A stretch of DNA of 64,000 bases from Planctomycetota bacterium (GTDB taxonomy: Bacteria; Planctomycetota; UBA1135; UBA2386): positions 800,001 to 864,000 of the forward strand of contig OZ245838.1 in NCBI GenBank assembly GCA_965228735.1, read 5' to 3'. The translations under genes were made by a program, and so were the position numbers. Below the pieces are notes generated by a model. It saw nothing but the letters and a program-made list of their open reading frames with translations, searched no databases and was not told the DNA's origin. The stretch's first letter is position 1, and each line of letters starts with the position of its first letter. Of the stretch, positions 39,565 through 47,750 are shown piece after piece.

Positions 39565-39918
39565 TCAGCCGCCGAAGTGCTCGGCGTAGGCGTCGGCGTG
39601 GAACCCGACGTGCCACGTCTTGCCGGTGCGGATCGCGGGCGCGCGCAGGTTGCCCGATGGACCGATCACCACCGAGCGCAGCTCGTCGATGTCGAACTCC
39701 GACTTCTTCGGCTGGAACACCAGCGTCTTCTTGCCCTTCGCGACGACGATCTTGCTCGCGTCACCGAACAGCTCCTCGACCGTGTCGGGGCCGAAGCGCT
39801 CCTTGGCTGCGTTGACCGTCTCCCGGACGGTCGTGCCGGTGCCCTCGAGGGCGGCGTCGGCACGCTTGCAGCTCGTTCAACCCTTGCGGTGGTAGTACCA
39901 GTCGATCTTCTTGGCCAT
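39565..39918 (-). CDS. ArsC/Spx-like thioredoxin-fold selenoprotein candidate (Sec at codon 14, UxxC); absent from ORF track
   Basis: Manual translation MAKKIDWYYHRKG-TGA-TSCKRADAALE...VVAKGKK...GPSGNLRAPAIRTGKTWHVGF... gives 117 aa. The in-frame TGA at 39879-39877 is the first position of CxxC. Confidence 0.88.
39814..39864 (-). promoter_or_regulatory. Candidate SECIS hairpin(s) downstream of the ArsC-like UGA
   Basis: Hairpin 1 starts 13 nt after UGA: CGUGCCG/CGGCACG lower stem, GCCC/GGGC upper stem, UCGA loop. Hairpin 2: GACCGUC-CGGGA-GACGGUC (39832-39814). Confidence 0.5.
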
Positions 39919-40062
39919 GGTATCGATGGATAGCGCGGCGCGTTCGGCTGGTCCACGGTCGATCCTGCGCGTTCGGAGTCGCCGGTCCCGGGGCTCCCAC
40001 CCCTCGCCCGTCGGCGGTACCCTCTCTACGGGGGAGCTTCGACTCGCAACTCAGGAACTACC

Positions 40063-43000
40063 ATGCCCGCCGTCCGCCTCATCGTCACATCGATCCTGGC
40101 CGGAGGTGCGCTCGCACCGCTCACGGCCCAGAATCTGATCGCCAATCTGCAGCCGGCCGGGGGGAGTGCGTCCGGCGGGTTCTTCGAGGGGTTCGCCGTC
40201 GCGGGCAACGGGGCGTTCGCGGTCTTCAGCGCCAACGGGCGTCACGGCCGTGAGCTCTGGGTGACGGACGGCACGCAGGCCGGCAGCGACCTGCTGGTCG
40301 ACCTCGAGCCCGGCGCGAGCGGGTCGTTTCCCGGTGAGTTCGCCGTGCTCGGGAACGAGGTGCTGTTCGCGGCGACCGTGCCAGGGCTCGGTCGTGAGCT
40401 CTGGATCACGGACGGCACGGTTCACGGCACCCGCCTGCTGCGTGACCTCGACCCCGGCTCCGGATCGAGTTCGCCGGACGAGCTCACGACGTTCGGAGGC
40501 TTCGTGTACTTTGCGGCCAACGTTCCCGGGGCCGGGATCGAGTTGTGCCGAACGGATGGCACGACGGCTGGCACCGGGATCTTCGCCGACCTGACGGTCG
40601 GCAGTTCGTCGCCGCGTGAGTTCGCGGTCGTGGGGAACGAGCTCTACTTCACCGCGATAATCGCAGGGGCGGGGCGCGAGCTGTGTCGCACGGACGGCAC
40701 CGCCGCCAACACGGGCCTCGCGGTCGACGTCGTGCCGGGGTCCACGGGTTCGACGCCGACCGACATCGCGCCGTTCGGGAGCGGGCTGCTGTTCAGCGCG
40801 TTCGCCTCCGCGACCGGCCGGGAGGCCTACTTCTCCGACGGCACGGCGGCAGGCACCGTGTTGCTCGCCGACCTGAATCCCGGGCAGAACTCCAACCCGA
40901 TCGAGTTCACGGACCTCGGCGGGCTCGCCGTGTTTCGCGCGACGGGGCCGGCCGGCCGTGAGCTCTACGTCACGGACGGGACGCCGGCGAACACCGCCCT
41001 GTTGCGCGATATCCGGGCCGGGATCAGCAGCGGGGTCACCACCGAGGAGTTCGTCCAGTATCAGGGGCGGGCCTACTTCAGCGCCGACGACGGCGCGATC
41101 GGTCAGGAGTTGTGGAGCACCGACGGCACGCCGGCCGGAACCGGCCCGGTTCTCGATCTGCGGCCCGGCAGTCCGGACTCCGCCCCGGCCGGGTTCGTCG
41201 AGATTGGCGGCGAGCTGTGGTTCGTCGCCACCGATGCCGGCGGTGATCGGGAGATCTGGAAGACGGACGGCACGGCCACCGGAACGGTTCAGGTCATCGA
41301 TCTCGAGGCGTCGTTCTCCGCCCAGCCGGAGGATCTCGTGCCGTTCGGTGGCGGCGCCGTTCTGTGTTCGGCCATCGCGCCGGGCACCGGACGCGAACCG
41401 TTTCACGTCGACGGGACCGTGCCCGGGAGCTATCTGCTCGTCGACACCAGGCCCGCCGCCGGCGACTCGAACCCGGAGGGTTGGACGGAGTTCGCGGGAG
41501 GCGCGTTCTTCGCCGCCAGCGTCACCGGGGTCGGCACGGAGGGATACGTGACGGACGGCACCTCGGCCGGTACGGCCGTCGTCGACCTGCTGCCGGGTGG
41601 CGGCAGCGGTAGGCCCGAACACGCCGTGGCGTTCGGGGGGCGCATCGTGTTCGAAGGCGACGACGGACCGAGCGGTCGTGAGCTGTTCTCAACGGATGGG
41701 ACGCTGGGCGGAACCATCCAGCTCAGTGATGTTCCGGGCGGCAACGGAGTGCAGCCGCGGTTCATGGTCGCAACGTCGACCCATGTGTTCTATCGCGGCA
41801 GCGAGGCGCAGTATGGCAGCGAGTTGCACGTTTCCGACGGGACCCCGGCGGGCACCGGTCGGTTGGCGGATCTGAACCCGGGCTCGCTGTCGTCGAATCC
41901 GAGCGACTTCGCCGTGGCCGGTGATCGCGCGTTCTTCGTCGCCAACGACGGGGTCAGCGGGAGCGAACTCTTCTCCAGCGATGGTTCGCTCGCCGGGACC
42001 GTCTTGCACGACATTCGCCCCGGCACCGTGGGCTCGTCCCCGGACGAGCTCGTCGATCTCCAGGGCAAACTCGTGTTCGTCGCGAACGATGGTTCGCAGG
42101 GTCTCGAACTCTGGTGCTCGGACGGCTCGGTGGCCGGGACCAATCCGATTGCGGATCTCGTGCCCGGTATCGGTAGTTCCTCTCCCCGCGACCTCACAGT
42201 TGCGGACACCCGAGTGTTCTTCACCGCCGCCATCCCGGGGGCCGGTCGGGAACTCTGTGTCACCGATGGTACGGCTGCCGGCACGGGACTCGTCGTGGAC
42301 CTCGTGCCCGGCGGTGTTGGCTCCGTGATTCGTGACCTCCGCGGCGTCGGATCGCGTGCGTTCTTCCTCTACGACGATGGTTCGGGGACGGGCGCCGAAC
42401 TCTGGACCAGTGACGGCACCGCGGCCGGAACGCATCTCGTGCGCGACATCGGCCCGGGCGCGATCGATGGTCCGATCCCGGGTTCGTTGACGTCGATCCT
42501 CGACGGGCAACTGCTGTTGTTCGCGGCGAGCGACGTCGCCAGCGGCATGCAGTTGTGGATCAGCAACGGCACGACTGGGGGAACGCTGCCAGTGACATCT
42601 TTCGGTGTCGGGGGGCGCGGTGCCGTCTCACTCGGACCGTTCCTCGATACCGGCAGCCGCGTGTTCTTCGCCGCCGATGACGGGCTCCAGGGCAACGAGC
42701 CGTGGGTCTTCGACCTCAACGGTTCGGGCGCGGCGTTCGTGCTCAACTACGGCCATGGCTGCTCGACCACTCCCACGACGGTGCCCCGGATCGGCTCGAC
42801 CGGCGGCCTCCCCTCGCCGGGGACCACGACGTTCGCCGTGACCCTCACGAACGCACCCGCGACGACCGCGGCGTTCCCGCTCGTGGCGTTCACGCCGGGA
42901 TCGTTCCTGCTCGGCTCGGGCTGTCGCCAACTCATCGGAGTGCCCTACATCGCGCTGCCGCTCCGCTTCACGGACCCGGTCGGTGACGCCCAGATCCCGA

Positions 43001-43131
43001 TCGGTTTGCCGAACGACCCGAGCTACATCGGGGTCAACCTGTTCTGTCAGTGGGGCGTCATCGCGACGCCGGGACGCTTGCTCGGCGCATTCGATCTCAG
43101 CGACGGGCTGCAGGCCCAGATCGGGAACTGA
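40063..43131 (+). CDS. Secreted ELWxxDGT-repeat (beta-propeller) protein
   Basis: Signal peptide; more than 15 G.EL(W/Y/F/C)..DGT..GT repeats; distinct C-terminal domain. Confidence 0.93.
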   Translation: MPAVRLIVTSILAGGALAPLTAQNLIANLQPAGGSASGGFFEGFAVAGNGAFAVFSANGRHGRELWVTDGTQAGSDLLVDLEPGASGSFPGEFAVLGNEVLFAATVPGLGRELWITDGTVHGTRLLRDLDPGSGSSSPDELTTFGGFVYFAANVPGAGIELCRTDGTTAGTGIFADLTVGSSSPREFAVVGNELYFTAIIAGAGRELCRTDGTAANTGLAVDVVPGSTGSTPTDIAPFGSGLLFSAFASATGREAYFSDGTAAGTVLLADLNPGQNSNPIEFTDLGGLAVFRATGPAGRELYVTDGTPANTALLRDIRAGISSGVTTEEFVQYQGRAYFSADDGAIGQELWSTDGTPAGTGPVLDLRPGSPDSAPAGFVEIGGELWFVATDAGGDREIWKTDGTATGTVQVIDLEASFSAQPEDLVPFGGGAVLCSAIAPGTGREPFHVDGTVPGSYLLVDTRPAAGDSNPEGWTEFAGGAFFAASVTGVGTEGYVTDGTSAGTAVVDLLPGGGSGRPEHAVAFGGRIVFEGDDGPSGRELFSTDGTLGGTIQLSDVPGGNGVQPRFMVATSTHVFYRGSEAQYGSELHVSDGTPAGTGRLADLNPGSLSSNPSDFAVAGDRAFFVANDGVSGSELFSSDGSLAGTVLHDIRPGTVGSSPDELVDLQGKLVFVANDGSQGLELWCSDGSVAGTNPIADLVPGIGSSSPRDLTVADTRVFFTAAIPGAGRELCVTDGTAAGTGLVVDLVPGGVGSVIRDLRGVGSRAFFLYDDGSGTGAELWTSDGTAAGTHLVRDIGPGAIDGPIPGSLTSILDGQLLLFAASDVASGMQLWISNGTTGGTLPVTSFGVGGRGAVSLGPFLDTGSRVFFAADDGLQGNEPWVFDLNGSGAAFVLNYGHGCSTTPTTVPRIGSTGGLPSPGTTTFAVTLTNAPATTAAFPLVAFTPGSFLLGSGCRQLIGVPYIALPLRFTDPVGDAQIPIGLPNDPSYIGVNLFCQWGVIATPGRLLGAFDLSDGLQAQIGN

Positions 43132-43237
43132 CGCGGAACGTGCCGGCGCGCGTCGGCCGGTCCCGAAAACGCGAGAATTCCGGTCGGTTCGGAGTCTTGC
43201 CTGCGTAGCGCGGCGGGATCGTCGGGTCCCACCAAGC

Positions 43238-44374
43238 ATGAAGCGTTTCCTCCTCGCGGTCGGCATGCTGCCTTGCCTCCTGTCGGTCCTGGCAGCGCAG
43301 TCCTACGTCGTCGACGTCAACAGCGGGCCCAATACCGCGTTCACCGCGCTCGACACGGCAGTTGCGGCGGCGCCCAACGGCGCGACGTTGCTCGTGCGGC
43401 CGGGGAGCTACCAGGCTTTCCACATTTCGGGGAAAGGTCTCACCATTCTCGGTGAGCCCGGCGCGGTCATCGATGGCAGTGCGCCGGGGGCGCTCTGCAA
43501 GGTCAGCTCGCTGCACCCGGGCCAGCGGTTCGCCATGCGCGGCGTCGCGCTCGGGAACGTGCTGGGGCCCGTCGCGGTCGATCTGCACAGCAACGTCGGC
43601 CCGGTGATCCTCGACTTTCCACCGATGGCGCCGGTCGCGGCGCGCTGCGTCGTCAATCAGAGCCACCAGGTGCACGTTCGTGGGCTGCGGATCGACTTCC
43701 CGCACCTGCCCGCGCTCGCGGTCGGGAACGGCGTCTACAGCTTCGTCGACTGTTCGTTCGTGAGTGAGCGCGCGGCCGTCGAGATCGGCGATGCCTACGT
43801 GCAGCTGACGGACTGCTACCTGTCCGGCTACCAGCAGCCGACGCTCGGCCCGGCGCACGCCGTGGTCAGCCTGCAGATCAACTCGCGCGTCGAGATCCGC
43901 GGCGGGCAAATCGACGGCTGGACGGCCCTCGGGGTGCCGTATGCGTTCGCGGGGATCGGGTTCGCGCAGCTCGATGCGGCGACCCAGGTCACGAACGTGA
44001 CGGGCATGACCAACGGGTTCGTTACCCTGACCGTGGCCGGCGCCGCGCGGTGCCGGGCGAGCACCGCGCCGATTCCGAACGGCGCGACGCCGGCGTTCGC
44101 GACGGCGCGCGCGACCGGGCCCGCGGGCAGCGTGGTCGCGCTCGTGGTCGGTCACCCGGGGTTGCCGCAGATCGTCGCCGGGGTGCAGTATCCAACCTGG
44201 CTCGCGCCCCAGACCGGGTTGCTGCATGCGATCGGTGCTGGATCGGTCACGGGCGGCTATGCGGTGCCGAGCGCCACGTGGCTGCGCGGCGTCGATGTCG
44301 CGTGGCAGGGGCTGAGCTTCGACGCGGCGAACGGGCTGCAGTTCAGCAACGCGGCGACCTACGTCCACAACTGA
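43238..44374 (+). CDS. Secreted hypothetical protein, beta-helix-like N-domain plus C-terminal beta domain
   Basis: Signal peptide LAA|Q; AVAAAPNGATLLVRPGSY beta-helix cap motif. Confidence 0.75.
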   Translation: MKRFLLAVGMLPCLLSVLAAQSYVVDVNSGPNTAFTALDTAVAAAPNGATLLVRPGSYQAFHISGKGLTILGEPGAVIDGSAPGALCKVSSLHPGQRFAMRGVALGNVLGPVAVDLHSNVGPVILDFPPMAPVAARCVVNQSHQVHVRGLRIDFPHLPALAVGNGVYSFVDCSFVSERAAVEIGDAYVQLTDCYLSGYQQPTLGPAHAVVSLQINSRVEIRGGQIDGWTALGVPYAFAGIGFAQLDAATQVTNVTGMTNGFVTLTVAGAARCRASTAPIPNGATPAFATARATGPAGSVVALVVGHPGLPQIVAGVQYPTWLAPQTGLLHAIGAGSVTGGYAVPSATWLRGVDVAWQGLSFDAANGLQFSNAATYVHN

Positions 44375-44455
44375 CGCGACGGTGTTTGGTTCCCGTTCGG
44401 GTGCGCGCTACGCTGCCGGCATGGGTGGATACGGCAAGCGGCGCGGGGTCCCGTC

Positions 44456-46825
44456 GTGGACCTGAGCACGTTCGTGCAGCGACTGCGCGACAATCGCGAG
44501 GACGGACCGGGCGTCGTCGATGCCTGGCACCGCACCGAGGCGCGCGCGGCGCGGATGCGACCGGTGCCCGAGTGGCTGCACGAAAAGCTCGTGGATGCGC
44601 TGCGCGCGCGCGGCATCCAGGAGCTCTACAGCCACCAGCGCGAGTGTGCCGACGCGCTGCACGGCGGCAAGAACGTCGTCATCGCGACCTCGACCGCGTC
44701 CGGCAAATCGCTGAGCTACCAGCTGCCGGTGCTCGACGCGCTGCTGCGCGATGGGCTCGATGCGCGCGCGCTGCACCTGTATCCGACCAAGGCGCTGGCG
44801 CGCGACCAGATGGCGGATCTCGAGCAGCTCATCGCGGCCGCGGGCCTCGGTGACGAGCTGCCGGTCGCGGTCTACGACGGCGACACGCCGCCGTCGGTGC
44901 GGCAGGCGATGCGCGAGAAGGGCGCGTGCGTGCTGACCAACCCGCACATGCTGCACCAGGGCATCCTGCCGAACCACACCAAGTGGCAGGGTCTGTTCAC
45001 CGGTCTGCGCTACGTTGTCGTCGACGAGCTGCACACGCTGTCGGGGATCTACGGCTCGCACGTCGCCAACGTGCTGCGGCGGCTGCGGCGGATCTGCCGG
45101 CACTACGGCAGCGATCCGGTGTTCTGCGGCGCGTCCGCGACGATCAGCAACGCCGGTGAACACGGCCGGAAGCTGTTCGAGCAGCCCGTCGAGGTCGTGG
45201 ACGACGACGGCAGCCCCGCGGGCCGCAAGCACTACGTGTTCTTGAACCCGCAGCTCGTGTCCGCCGCGTCCGGCATGCGCGTGCCCGCGAGCGAGTCGGC
45301 GCGCCAGCTCGGCGGCGAATTGCTCGGCAGCGACCTGCAGACGATCTTCTTCGCGCGGTCGCGCAACCAGACCGAGGTGCTGCTCAAGTACCTGCGCGAC
45401 GAGGCCAAGGCGCGCAAGATCGACCAGGGGCGGGTCGCGGGCTACCGCGGCGGCTACCTGCCGAACCTGCGGCGCTCGATCGAGAAGGGGCTGCGCAAGG
45501 GCGAGATCCGGACCGTCGTCTCGACGAACGCGCTCGAGCTCGGCGTCGACATCGGCAGCCTCGACGTCTGCGTGCTCGTCGGCTACCCGGGGACGGTCGC
45601 GAGCACGTTCCAGCGCGCGGGTCGCGTCGGGCGCCGCACGCAGGAGAGCGCCGTCGTGATGGTGGCGCGCTCGTCGGCGATGGATCAATTCCTCGTGCAG
45701 CATCCGGACTACCTGTTCGGCACCCGGCGCGACGCGGTGAGCATCGATCCCGACAACGCGATCATCCTCACGAACCACATCCGCTGTGCTGTGTTCGAGC
45801 TGCCGTTCGATCGCGGCGAGATGTTCGGCGAGGCGGCGGACACCGCCGCCGTTCTCGAGTTCCTGACCGAGGACCTCGGGGTGCTCGTCGAGCAGGGCGG
45901 GCGCTTCCACTACGCCGACCGCACGTATCCGGCCGAGGGCGTGAGCCTGACCGCGGCCGACATGGACAACGTCACGATCCAGGACGTGGAGACGCAGAAG
46001 ATCCTGGCCGAGATCGATCGGCCGTCGGCGATCACGGAGGTGCACGACGGCGCCATCTACGGCCACCAGGGCGACACGTATCTCGTCGAACGCTTCGACT
46101 ACGAGGATCGGCGCGCGTTCGTGAAGCGCATCGACTCGGACTACTACACCGAGGCCGACGTCGAGACCGAGGTCAAGATCCTGCACCTCGACGAGCAGCA
46201 GGATCACCGCGGCTACGTCGCGCACCGCGGCGAGGTGCACGTGAGCACGGTCGCCAAGGCGTTCAAGAAGATCAAATACTACACGCGCGAGAACGTCGGC
46301 ATCGGGCCGATCGAACTGCCGCCCGAGGAGTTCGAGACCGAGGCGACCGCGCTCGTGCTGCAGCCGGAGCTGATCGCCGATCTCGGGCTCAAGCGCGGCG
46401 GCGAGGCGGCGTGCCTGCAGGGCGTCGGCGAGCTGCTCAAGGGGCTCGTGCCGCTGTTCGTGCGCGTCGATCCGGGCGATGTGCGCGTGCTCGCCGAGGC
46501 GCTGCAGCCGCACTTCGAGGCGCCGACGCTGATCCTCTACGACCGCATCCCCAACGGCGTCGGGCTCGCCGAACGCATCTATCGCGTGCACCGCGAGATC
46601 CTCGGCGCGGCGCTCGAGCTCGTGCAGCGCTGCCAGTGCCGCTTCGGGTGCCCGTCGTGCGTCGGCCCGAGCAGCACGCTCGGGGCGCGCAGCAAGGCGG
46701 TCGCGATGGCGATCCTCACGGGCATGCTCGGCGATGGCGCGACGTCGGTGCGAGCGCGGCCCTTGCCCGACAACGGCGCCCAGCTGTCTGGTGAGGGTGC
46801 GGCGGGTGAGGGTGCGGCGTGGTAG
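44456..46825 (+). CDS. mrfA: DEAD/DEAH-box helicase with DUF1998 (MrfA/Hrq1-like)
   Basis: LYSHQ, TSTASGKS, YPTKALARDQ, YDGDTP, DELH, SAT, TNALELGVDIG, QRAGRVGR; C-terminal CQCRFGCPSC. Confidence 0.9.
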   Translation: MDLSTFVQRLRDNREDGPGVVDAWHRTEARAARMRPVPEWLHEKLVDALRARGIQELYSHQRECADALHGGKNVVIATSTASGKSLSYQLPVLDALLRDGLDARALHLYPTKALARDQMADLEQLIAAAGLGDELPVAVYDGDTPPSVRQAMREKGACVLTNPHMLHQGILPNHTKWQGLFTGLRYVVVDELHTLSGIYGSHVANVLRRLRRICRHYGSDPVFCGASATISNAGEHGRKLFEQPVEVVDDDGSPAGRKHYVFLNPQLVSAASGMRVPASESARQLGGELLGSDLQTIFFARSRNQTEVLLKYLRDEAKARKIDQGRVAGYRGGYLPNLRRSIEKGLRKGEIRTVVSTNALELGVDIGSLDVCVLVGYPGTVASTFQRAGRVGRRTQESAVVMVARSSAMDQFLVQHPDYLFGTRRDAVSIDPDNAIILTNHIRCAVFELPFDRGEMFGEAADTAAVLEFLTEDLGVLVEQGGRFHYADRTYPAEGVSLTAADMDNVTIQDVETQKILAEIDRPSAITEVHDGAIYGHQGDTYLVERFDYEDRRAFVKRIDSDYYTEADVETEVKILHLDEQQDHRGYVAHRGEVHVSTVAKAFKKIKYYTRENVGIGPIELPPEEFETEATALVLQPELIADLGLKRGGEAACLQGVGELLKGLVPLFVRVDPGDVRVLAEALQPHFEAPTLILYDRIPNGVGLAERIYRVHREILGAALELVQRCQCRFGCPSCVGPSSTLGARSKAVAMAILTGMLGDGATSVRARPLPDNGAQLSGEGAAGEGAAW

Positions 46826-47736
46826 CCCCGGAGCGCAACAAACTCGGGCGTGACAAACTGCGGCGCGCGTTCCAGGGCGAACGCCAGCGCCGTGGCGGCT
46901 CGGCGGAGCCCGAGCAACGCACCGAACCCGCCGCACCGCCGCGTGGCAACGTCCGCGCGTTCCTCGCGCAGCGTCGCAAGAAGCTCGCGGCTGGCCAGGA
47001 CCCCGACGCGCGACCGGCCGTCGAGCTGCCGCCCGGCGAGGTCGTGCTGAGTCGCGACGGACCGTTGTGGCGCCGCGAGCTGCGCTATCCGCTCGATCAC
47101 GTGCACGGCCGCTTCCGCCTCGACGCGGCGCTCGAGCTCGACGGCGACCACCTCGCGACGATCGCCAAGACCGACGACTTCAGGGCGATCGACCCGCGCC
47201 AGTGCCTGTTCCTCGACACCGAAACGACGGGGCTGTCCGGTGGGGCGGGGACCGTGGTCTTCAACTACGGCTTCGCGTTCTTCCGCGGCGACGAGCTCGT
47301 CGTCGAGCAGCTGTTCCTGCGCGACTTCAGCGAGGAGGCGGCGATGCTGCGACACGTCGCGGCCCGGCTCTGGCAGTATCCCGTGCCCGTCACGTTCGTC
47401 GGCAAGAGCTACGACCGCCACCGCATCGCGACGCGCATGGCGCTGCACAAGCTGCGTTCGCCCGTGCTCACCGCGCCGCACCTCGATCTCTACTACTGCG
47501 CCCGCCGCGCGCACGGTCACGAGCTGCCCGACACGCGGCTCAGGACGGTCGAAGAACGCTTGCTCGCCGTGCACCGCGAGGACGACCTGCCGGGCAGCGA
47601 GGCGCCGGCGGCGTTCCTCGACTGGATCCGCAACGGCCGCGGCCCGGTCGACCGGGTGCTCGAACACAACCGGATCGACGTGCTGAGCCTCTGCACCCTG
47701 CTCGGTGTCCTGGCGGGAGCGGCGCGCGGGGCGTAA
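46819..47736 (+). CDS. mrfB: RNase H-like DEDD exonuclease (YprB/MrfB-like)
   Basis: FLDTETTGLSGGAG, TFVGKSYD, HLDL, DDLPGSEAP, HNRIDVLSL; overlaps the helicase gene. Confidence 0.85.
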   Translation: MVAPERNKLGRDKLRRAFQGERQRRGGSAEPEQRTEPAAPPRGNVRAFLAQRRKKLAAGQDPDARPAVELPPGEVVLSRDGPLWRRELRYPLDHVHGRFRLDAALELDGDHLATIAKTDDFRAIDPRQCLFLDTETTGLSGGAGTVVFNYGFAFFRGDELVVEQLFLRDFSEEAAMLRHVAARLWQYPVPVTFVGKSYDRHRIATRMALHKLRSPVLTAPHLDLYYCARRAHGHELPDTRLRTVEERLLAVHREDDLPGSEAPAAFLDWIRNGRGPVDRVLEHNRIDVLSLCTLLGVLAGAARGA

Positions 47737-47750
47737 TCTGGCGGCTGCAC

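Noticed and set aside
40063..43131. Mobile or recently acquired island
   Set aside because: Codon usage looks slightly less GC3-biased by eye, but there is no integrase, att site or tRNA, and I cannot quantify it here.
44456..47736. Anti-phage system (DISARM/Druantia-type DUF1998 helicase)
   Set aside because: The pairing with a YprB-like exonuclease matches MrfAB repair; no methylase or other defence genes are adjacent.
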